Shown: positions 1-6,738, counted from the stretch's first letter. The stretch: 6,738 bases of DNA from Chlamydiota bacterium (GCA_016196885.1 JACPWU010000066.1:1-6738); one strand, 5' to 3'. Numbers and translations are program-made. The notes: a model not told the origin generated them from the sequence alone.

Positions 1-1
1 A

Positions 2-418
2 GAGGAGATGCCTATTTTTATTCATCAGGTTGTTCCAATTGTCCAGGTTCGGCCTGATGATTATGTTTTTTCGCTCAATGAAGAGACGGGGAAAATTGAG
101 CTGCACAGGATTATGGGGCTGATGGACATGGGGGTTAAGCCCGTGTTTCGGCTCACCACCGCCAGTGGAAGAAGTATTCGGACAACGGCGAATCATCCGT
201 ATTTAAAGAGAATCATGGATCATGGACAAGAAAAGGATCATGGATCATGGATGATGGATGATAGAAAAGACAAAAACACTTCAAATCCACCCTCCACGAT
301 CCAAGATCCATCATCCGTTTTATCCACTCCACCCTCCACGATCTATCATCCATTATCCGCTTCTCATTGGACCCCCGTGAGTCGGCTTCATATTGGAGAT
401 AAGATTGCGGTGCCAAAA
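2..418 (+). other. Hint/intein N-terminal splicing lobe. The first residue and block A lie upstream of the window. The lobe carries a repeat insert at 212-364.
   Basis: Translation is ...DDYVFSLNEETGKIELHRIMGLMDMGVKPVFRLTTASGRSIRTTANHPYLKR[insert]HWTPVSRLHIGDKIAVPK. The block B TxxH (T 185-187, H 194-196) and the following W..V..L..GD.IAVP strand match canonical mini-inteins as I recall them (Ssp DnaB: GRTIKATANHRFLTIDGWKRLDEL..HIALPR). Spacing to block B implies that Cys/Ser1 lies about 10-15 codons upstream of position 1. Confidence 0.8.
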
Positions 419-3400
419 CTTGCTCGTCTAGATTTCTTCGAGTCTCTGGATCGCACGTTTAATGATGGCAAAGCTTACGAACAGTCTACTTCGGAGATAG
501 AGGTCTTCGAGCGCTTTTTTTGCTTCGGACGAAGTGAGCCATTTGTGTTTGACAGAGTAGGTGATGAGTCCAACAGTTCCATGGACCTCAATTCTCAATT
601 GCTTAGCGATAGTTCGAGCAGCGAGATCATCAGTGAGGAGGATCAAGGGTCTCTCTTCAAGAGCTATTGTCAAGCAGTCAGTTTCACCGCGATGAAGATG
701 ACCCTTTTCAAGGGCGGCTTCCAAGGTGTGTGGGACAGATTTAGGGGTGGAGACGATTGTTACATTGGCCCATTTTTCAATGACACGATGACTTTCACGA
801 GGAATGTGTCGAGCTGTTTCTTCGATGACACTCACTGGGATCATGATGTGAGAGAGGTGCTTCAGAAGGGACAAACGACCTATTTCTTCCAAATGGATCA
901 GTGGACCGGCGTCGACGACCCATCTATGCATTCAGACCCCACAAGACATCTTCTTGAACAGCCTGATCTTGTTTCTCAGCAAGTTGAACAAGTTCATGAC
1001 CCAGAAGGCGAATGGCTTTTCGGCGGGAGAGTCGCTTTGCAAGATAATGTTCAAGAACGGAATCTTGATAGAGCTTGGCCAAGCCCAACTCCAATGCCTC
1101 CGTTAGCACAGCCAATGGCGTTTCATGACGGAGCTTGGCCAATTCTTCTAGCTGGGCCGGTAGGGGCTGGGACATCATACGCATCTTCTCCTTTCATTGC
1201 TTTTACTGACTATACTTATAGCACATTGCCTGCATCACGGTCAAAGAGAGAACTTGATGTTAGGCGCTTATCTAAAGCCAACACAGACATCCTCTGGGAC
1301 CGTATTCAATCCATAGAATTGACTGGCTTCGAGAGGGTTTACGACATTGAAGTGGAAGGAACTCACAATTTTATTGGGAATGGAATTGTGGCGCATAATA
1401 CTTATATTACCTCTCTTTCCCCAATACATGCTGTGGGGCAAAGTGCTTCTCCCCCTTCTATAAAAGAAAACGAAAATTTGCGAGATGAAGAAGAGAAGGG
1501 CCAGGTCGCTGTTGAATATATACTGCTTTTACCTCTCCTGATTCCTCTTTTGGTGTTGGGGCTTCCTCTTTATATGGGGATTAGATTGTTTTGGTCCAGG
1601 CGTGTTCGTGTGCCTGCTCAATCATTATCTCCCTCTAATCTTAGGGCTTATCAAAATCTGCTCATCGAGATCGATCCGGAGAATGAATCACATTATGAAA
1701 CTTGTGCTGGGATGGCGCATGCTTTTGAAGCCTTGCCGGGTGGGACTCTAGCATGTGTACGTCAAACAGGCCGTCAGTTTTTCCTGGGACAATCGGGAAG
1801 AGTGATCATCAATCAAAATGAAGTTGTCGGTTTGAGCGTTTTGGCTCACGAATATGCCCATGCAGATCCCAGGGAACCCCTTCCAGCCTTTGTGACAGGC
1901 GGCTCCTTTGCTGAGCTTTTTGAATCTATTTATAGGCGCTTAATTGCAGATGAGGTTCAGGCGTTTGAGGCTGAGATTCTCTTTGCCAAAAAATTTAAAG
2001 AAAAAAGAAACCAGAGCCTGTGGGATTTGCCTTCTGAATCGGGTGTCAAGTCCATGATGGTCGGGCTTGAAGCTATTTATGATGAGCAAGGTCGCCAGGG
2101 GATTCAGACCTGGCTGGAAAGAGGTCATTATCTCACTTATAAGCTTCAAGCGCTCAAAATGGCGGCCTTGTTCAGGGCAGGTGCTTTAGATAAAGACATG
2201 ACCAACCTAGAGCCTTTGGGCCAAGGGGGCGAAAAAATAGAAAGGGATTTGATTGAAGAACTTTGGAATGCCCTTCGGCCTCAACTCACTCAAAATCCCT
2301 TGGGTGTTTTAAATCTGTCTCGTCAGCCAGGAATGAAAAGGGCCATCCGAAAATTTTGGGATGTTTCAAAAAGAACTGGGGCCCTAGAGCTAGAGGACAT
2401 TGATTTTTTGAGAAATGATTTTGACAAGGTTGTCACCTTTGTCGGGGTTTTGTTTGGGGAACCGGTTCCTGAAACGGAGAGCTCTTCAGAAAAAGTGGAC
2501 TCGGGTTCTCAACAAGTGATTCATCCCCTTTTTAATCAGCCTTCACAATCCTGGTATGAGTCCAGTCAGGGGACCTTGGATGAGACTCAAGCCGAAAATC
2601 ATCTGGCCCGTTGGCAGTTTTTGGCGCAGTATAAGATTTTGGCTTCTGTTTTAGATTCTGTAGGGGTGATGGAAGCCCTTTTGCCACTTGTCTCCTCACA
2701 GGATCAAAAGAGAATTTTGAGCGATCTCTATGAAAGGGTCCAGACAGAGCCTCTGGAATTGTATCACGTGGCTAAAATAGGTGCCTCTCATGGTTATTTA
2801 GAGGCGAGCCATGAATTGCTTGAGAGGGCCTTTCAGCATCCTGAGAATTTTCCGTTACGAGTTGGCGGTCGTTCTCTTTCTCATTTGCTGGAGTTGCTAG
2901 AGATTTTTGACCAAAGAAGAAATGATGAAGGCAGGAAGAGGGTGATCGCTCTTTTGACCCAATATGTCGAAAGAAGGGGTCTGGATGATTGGATTTATAC
3001 TTTCAGATATATATTACGGAGGCCTTTTAAAGAGAATGAGGTCGATGAATTAAGGGCCCATGGAAAGGAGGTCATGGATCATTCATGGATTGCAATGAAT
3101 CCAGAGCGCATTCATGAAATATTGGGATGGGAGCCGAAGGATCATTATCGAAATTTTCTGATTTCTGATGATTCCTTTAAACGTCTAGAATCCCTTGATT
3201 CTGCTCTTAAAAATTTAGAAGTTAAACCGTCCCTATCCTCAGCTTCTTCGCAAGCGGTCAGTGAATTAAGGGCTCGCCTCAAGGGTCATTTATCTCATTT
3301 GGCGATGGCCTCGAAAAGTGATTGGAATAAATTGAGTCAATCGGGTTTTGGCTCCCCCGATTTTTATCAGGGACTTCCTCCTCTTCAGGATTTGAAATTG

Positions 3401-6400
3401 GGTGAGGATCGTTTTTCAAATTATGTTCATAGTGAACTTACCATGGTAAGTCTTTCCTCGTCTCACCCGTATCTTGAAAATCTAAAGCATTTCTGCTCTT
3501 TTAAGGATGTTTTGAAATTTTTGAGTCAGTTAGATCCCTTGTTCTTTCACGCCCCTCTTTTTACTTGGGTGGGAGAGAATCTGGATCAATGGCCACAGTC
3601 TGATGCGGCTCGTTTGATTCAAGTGTGGGAACAATGGGTGAAAAGAGCTCATCGGCTGTCAGCGAGATTTCACTATCAGGGATATACGAAATTTTATGAT
3701 CAGCAGATGTTCCTCCAAGGACTTTCCTCTGCCTATCAAAGTCTTTCGTCTGCATCCTCTTTCTTACAATCCCCCGAGGGAATGCATTTACATTTGTCCC
3801 TGGCTGAAGGATGGCTTAAATCTTCGGATCCTCTTCTCAAAGCAAAAGCCGGGGCAATTTTGGAAGAGGTCCAGTCAAAATCTGCTGCCGCATTTTGGTC
3901 TCCCCGAGGTGATTACGACACTAACACTTATTTTTTCTCACAACATACAGGCTTTTGGATTGCAAAGGCCTGGCTATTAGATGGGATACAGGGATCTGGA
4001 GGATTAGTCGCTCTCAATAGGGCCTATGACATTCTCTCAAACCCCTCTCAAAGACTTCATACCGCCGCTCAAGTTTCAGAGTGGATTGAGCTTTTATTGG
4101 ATTTGGCTTTGGCATTTGAGCGGGAGGGGGATTTTCGTCAAAGAGCAGCCTGTGAGCAGGCGGCTTATAATTATGTTCAAGAGATGGATCGCTTGATGCG
4201 TTCGGAGGATTTTAGAGCAAGAGATTCCAGGTATAACAATAAACCCAAAAAGTCGGACGCCCTTTTACAGCATCTCCAAATGACTTATCAAAAAAGTCAG
4301 GCCGTTTACAGAACAAAGCTGGCCATTCAACAAAATTCGAGACAGGCTCTTACGACGGGACTAGCGCCCCAAGGTGAATTTAAAGATTACAGCTATCGCC
4401 AGTTCTTGGCCATGGCTAGAGAATTGTCTCAAGCCCATTGGAATCTAGAATTGATTCAGGTGCTTGAAAGAATGATTGTACAAGTCAGGGCAAGATCGGG
4501 CTTTGAAATCGAGGGAGAACAAAATATCGTAAGTTCGATTCAAACATTTTTTGAAGAGGAGAATTCTTTTGTCCAAGTCGTTTTGAATGCCTCACTCTCT
4601 CCATTAGAGAAAGATGATTGGATTTTACGATATGCTCAGGCCGTGATCGGCGAGGAAGAAAGCATTTTAGCCAAAGGAGACATCAGTTCTTTGGCGAGAG
4701 TAGCTCGTGGGTTTGAGCCTTTGTTAAAGGCGGTTCGGGATGGAAAATGTCCACGCTCAGAGGCTTTTTTACTCAAAAATTTGGCAGAGGCATTGGATGA
4801 CTTGAAAGCGACTTATCCCAACTTAGTTGAGGGTGGCGTTCAAGCCTTAGCCCCTTTGGTGAGGGGGCTTGAAGAATCTCATCCAGAGCTTTTGCAAAGC
4901 GGGAAAAGAGAGGCCTATCAGGCCTTGCTGCCCGAAAATCAAGCGCTTCGCCAGGCCCTGGATGTTTTATTTCCGGCCGAAGATGGATCTGAAATAACTC
5001 GTTTATCACAAAATCTTTATGAAGAGGCCATGGAGGCGCTTAAGTTAAAAATGCAGTTGGAGGGGTTTCATCAATCTAATATAAATATATCTTTCTACAC
5101 TCGTCTTTCCTTGGATGAGTTAACAGGGTTAAAGAGCTTTGCAGTTTTGAGGGGAAAGATGACCGCTTCAAGTGATGGGCCTCTCGACTCATTCCTAGAA
5201 AATCCTAAGAGGGTTCGTGAGGTCTTGATTGGAGAGCCTCCCGACTCCATGCGGGCCCAGGTCTTTTCTCCCCTTTTAAGGGAAATATTTTTGAAATCTG
5301 GAAGTCCTGAGGTTCGGGCCATGGCTGTTCAAGGCCTGATTGTAGCAGGCTATTTGGGAAGTTATGCAGAGCATCTCTTTAAAAAAAATACGGCCTCTCA
5401 GCAAAACCTCTATCGTATCTTGGAGGCCGTCGCCGGGGAATTTGCCTCTCCCATCCCCGATGAATTGTTTGCCTTGTATGATGAATCTTCTCCAGCGATT
5501 CCGGAGTCATCTTTAAAAAATCTAAAATTCATTGAATACATTCGTTATTACAACAAATCAAGTAAGCCCTTACTTATACATGTCGATTCCCTAGCTCCCA
5601 CCATTCAGGATCCCCAGGCCGAACTTCTCATTCTAACGGTTTTTTCTCATTATAATGAAAGTTGGCTACAGGATTATACCCAAGACATTGTAGATGCCTC
5701 CAAAACCTTAAAAACGCGTCTCAGGGTTAAAATGTTTTTGGAGACGACGACGCTTCCCAAACCTTTACAGGATTTGCCCGAGACCCTGAAATTTGTTTTT
5801 GCCATTTTCTTGTTTCAAAATCCGGATATCCTCTCCCGATTCAATGCCTATTGCCGCGAAAATTCCAAGCTTAGCCAAGGCGATTTATTGTGTGCATTCT
5901 TTAGAATGGCCCATGCCGAAAAACTCGCTCAAGCGCTCGCCAACTGGCCCGGACTGCTTCCTCCTCCTCTCCAAGAGGCTCTGGCCCAAACGCAGCAGGA
6001 CAATGAGCCCATTTCAGAATTGGAATTCTTAATGGATTTAAACGAGGCGCTCGGAGGAGACTATCGGGACCCTTTCAGTGAAATTGACTGGTCCAGCCGC
6101 AAGGTGGGGTCGGTGGCGGAGGTGGTCCGGGCGAAACGCAAGGACACTGATAAATGGGTCGCGATTAAATTAATTCCCTCAAGGAGGATGAAAAGGATGG
6201 AGCGGCATCTTGAGGGAATGGAAAAACTCTTTGAAGTCTTGTCCCTTTACAAAGACGAGAAATTTAGAGGCGTAGATCCCGCTCTCTTTGGAAAGGAATA
6301 TATCCGGAGCTATCGCCAAGAATTGGATTTAAGAAATGAGGCGAAAAATGTAAGTGTGATGCAGCCTGTTTTTCAAAGAATAGGTCAAGTGAGAATGCCA

Positions 6401-6738
6401 AAATATCAAAGTCAATACACGCGGCCTCGGCTTTTGGTGATGAGCTGGGAGGAGGGGACGCCTCTCAAGGCTCTTGCCCCTGATGAAGTGAAAAAGGCCG
6501 TTGAGGCCTTGAGCCGGCTCGTGATAGACGGCATTTTTCAAGAAGGGGAGATTTTGGATGATCTTCACAGCGATAATATCCGTTGGGATACAAAAGGGCA
6601 AAAACTGATTGTCTGGGACTTTGGACGCCTAAGCACGATTACAGAATTCGATCGGGATATTCTTCTGGATTATCTATCAGCCATTTACCAGAGGGATGCG
6701 AATGGGATAATTCAGGCCCTCCAAAAAATGGCGGATCC
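2..6738 (+). CDS. Giant multidomain protein, internal fragment partial at both ends. Order: Hint/intein domain, linker, TM helix, HExxH module, long helical region, ABC1/UbiB-type kinase domain.
   Basis: Hand translation of frame 2 shows no TAA, TAG or TGA across all 2245 codons. Recognisable motifs at 167-205, 1286-1399, 1847-1861 and 5918-6625 all lie in this one frame. The sequence looks protein-like throughout. No start or stop lies in the window, which explains why the ORF track omits it. Confidence 0.85.
212..364. repeat. Composite repeat and dyad-symmetry insert inside the intein N-lobe.
   Basis: Four tandem heptamers, (GGATCAT)x2 then (GGATGAT)x2, occupy 235-262, with a partial copy at 212-226. 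A perfect 16-nt direct repeat TCCACCCTCCACGATC occurs at 286-301 and 328-343; these head an imperfect 42-nt tandem duplication (286-327 and 328-369). Inverted matches: 249-259 GGATGATGGAT pairs with 306-316 ATCCATCATCC (11/11), and 249-264 pairs with 343-358 (15/16). Confidence 0.85.
428..931 (-). CDS. PIN-domain toxin, DUF3368/COG2405-like (VapC-like ribonuclease).
   Basis: The 167-aa ORF has an N-terminal VVDAGPLIHLEEIGRLSLLKHL..IPVSVIEE and a C-terminal GETDCLTIALEE..LILLTDDLAARTIAKQLRIEVHGTVGLI. These match the conserved acidic and PIN-like motifs of DUF3368 proteins as I remember them. Its ATG overlaps the stop of the upstream small ORF (ATGCATAG at 931-924), the usual type II TA arrangement. 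Confidence 0.8.
   Translation of the reverse strand: MHRWVVDAGPLIHLEEIGRLSLLKHLSHIMIPVSVIEETARHIPRESHRVIEKWANVTIVSTPKSVPHTLEAALEKGHLHRGETDCLTIALEERPLILLTDDLAARTIAKQLRIEVHGTVGLITYSVKHKWLTSSEAKKALEDLYLRSRLFVSFAIIKRAIQRLEEI
924..1184 (-). CDS. Putative antitoxin, UPF0175/COG2886-like small DNA-binding protein.
   Basis: This 86-aa ORF lies immediately upstream of the PIN gene and overlaps it by 8 nt. The segment LEHYLAKRLSRRKAIRLLG..LVQLAE resembles the UPF0175 helix-turn-helix core that typically pairs with DUF3368. AGGAG at 1192-1188 is only 3 nt from the first ATG, so the in-frame ATGs at 1178 or 1175 (9-12 nt spacing) may be the real start. Confidence 0.65.
   Translation of the reverse strand: MRMMSQPLPAQLEELAKLRHETPLAVLTEALELGLAKLYQDSVLEHYLAKRLSRRKAIRLLGHELVQLAEKQDQAVQEDVLWGLNA
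1188..1192 (-). promoter_or_regulatory. Shine-Dalgarno sequence for the antitoxin.
   Basis: The minus strand reads gaaAGGAGaagATGcgtATGATG. Confidence 0.5.
1215..1244 (-). promoter_or_regulatory. Sigma70-like promoter for the TA operon, embedded antisense in the intein ORF.
   Basis: The minus strand reads TTGACC (1244-1239), an 18-nt spacer ending in TGc (extended -10, T1223 G1222), then TATAAG (1220-1215). This places it about 30 nt upstream of the antitoxin ATG. A GCAATG direct repeat at 1229-1224 and 1200-1195 flanks the -10 and could be an operator. Confidence 0.5.
1262..1399 (+). other. Hint/intein C-terminal splicing lobe (blocks F and G), ending in His-Asn. The +1 residue is Thr at 1400-1402.
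   Basis: Translation is RRLSKANTDILWDRIQSIELTGFERVYDIEVEGTHNFIGNGIVAHN|T. This matches canonical block F/G (Ssp DnaB: DIYWDSIVSITETGVEEVFDLTVPGPHNFVANDIIVHN|S) and lies in the same frame as the N-lobe. Confidence 0.85.
1517..1582 (+). other. Predicted single transmembrane helix.
   Basis: The hydrophobic stretch YILLLPLLIPLLVLGLPLYMGI is preceded by an acidic linker (ENENLRDEEEKGQ) and followed by the basic cluster RLFWSRRVR, consistent with the positive-inside rule. Confidence 0.6.
1847..1861 (+). other. HExxH (HEYAH) zinc-metallopeptidase-like motif.
   Basis: The context is GRVIINQNEVVGLSVLAHEYAHADP, with acidic residues downstream (FAELFES, IADEVQAFEAE) that could supply a third metal ligand. 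It loosely resembles minimal metallopeptidase modules such as DUF4157. This is a motif-level call only. Confidence 0.35.
5918..6738 (+). other. ABC1/UbiB/ADCK-type atypical protein kinase domain, continuing past the window end.
   Basis: EKLAQALANWPGLLPPPLQEALAQTQQDNEPI aligns with the KLGQ.LS.R.DLLP....EL..LQD.VPP lead-in. SEIDWSSRKVGSVAEVVRAKRKDTDKWVAIKLIP matches PiAsASiaQVHrA....VAvKV. The family signature ELDLRNEAKN lies at 6320-6349. LLVMSWEEGTPL, DLHSDNI (6563-6580) and WDFG (6614-6625) are also present. Confidence 0.8.

Noticed and set aside
3-10. AGGAG immediately followed by ATG at 8-10, a possible start of the + strand gene.
   Set aside because: There is no spacer between the SD-like sequence and the ATG. 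The frame is already open upstream. Alignment to canonical inteins places block A and residue 1 about 10-15 codons upstream of the window, so this Met is internal.
213-416. A 67-aa minus-strand ORF directly downstream of the PIN gene, which might be a third gene of the TA operon.
   Set aside because: Its sequence (…DDRSWRVEW…DLGSWRVDL…) only reflects the DNA repeats. Its N-terminal part lies antisense to the conserved intein strand HWTPVSRLHIGDKIAVP. It has no SD and no family resemblance. It is most likely a shadow ORF.
1211-1220. TATACTTATA, a near-palindrome that might be an operator.
   Set aside because: It consists only of TATA..TATA around the -10 hexamer. It is too short and AT-rich to distinguish from chance.
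419-1261. The possibility that the + frame here encodes a degenerate LAGLIDADG or HNH homing endonuclease, with the minus ORFs as shadows.
   Set aside because: I could find no LAGLIDADG-like or HNH/GIY-YIG-like motifs in the + translation, which is Ser/Asp/Phe-rich and looks like an antisense product. The minus ORFs, by contrast, show specific PIN/DUF3368 and UPF0175 motifs, operon-style start/stop overlap, an SD and a good promoter.
1940-6601. Small ORFs from the track: 1940-2149(-), 3561-3755(-), 3696-3980(+), 4773-5009(-), 5095-5322(-), 5793-6032(+) and 6329-6601(-).
   Set aside because: All lie wholly inside the long frame-2 ORF, in other frames or on the opposite strand. Their composition is low-complexity and unlike real proteins, and none has an SD or recognisable motifs. 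The last one lies antisense to the strongly conserved ABC1 domain. I treat them all as shadow ORFs.
1-6738. An alternative genetic code or stop-codon recoding as the reason the track shows no long ORF.
   Set aside because: It is not needed. Frame 2 contains no standard stop codons at all, so the ORF was simply not reported because it has no boundary inside the window.
6733-6738. The window ends in GGATCC (a BamHI site), which could hint at a cloning boundary.
   Set aside because: Internal GGATCC sites also occur (near 3826 and 5608), and the window boundaries are arbitrary. This has no biological meaning.

Overview
Reading frame 2 of the + strand (codons at 2-4, 5-7, ...) has no stop codon anywhere from 2 to 6738. 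I checked this by hand, line by line. The window is therefore an internal piece of one giant ORF of about 2245 codons, open at both ends. The supplied ORF track does not list it, presumably because neither a start nor a stop lies in the window. The ORF begins inside a Hint/intein domain: an N-lobe with GRSIRTTANHPYL...HWTPVSRLHIGDKIAVPK and a C-lobe with DILWDRIQSIELTGFERVYDIEVEGTHNFIGNGIVAHN followed by Thr. Downstream come a low-complexity linker, one predicted TM helix, an HExxH (HEYAH) module, about 1250 aa of helical sequence I cannot assign, and a clear ABC1/UbiB-type atypical kinase domain that runs off the 3' end. The main finding is that the slot between the two intein lobes, where a homing endonuclease normally sits (419-1261), holds a complete minus-strand toxin-antitoxin cassette. 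It consists of a sigma70-like promoter with extended -10, an SD, a UPF0175-like antitoxin (924-1184) and a PIN/DUF3368-like toxin (428-931) whose start overlaps the antitoxin stop by 8 nt. The + strand intein frame stays open straight through the antisense of both genes. A second oddity is an in-frame insert of about 150 nt (212-364) in the intein N-lobe, built from heptamer repeats, a 42-nt tandem duplication and dyad symmetry. I saw no tRNA, rRNA, CRISPR array or transposase. All family assignments rest on remembered motif resemblance, not on searches.
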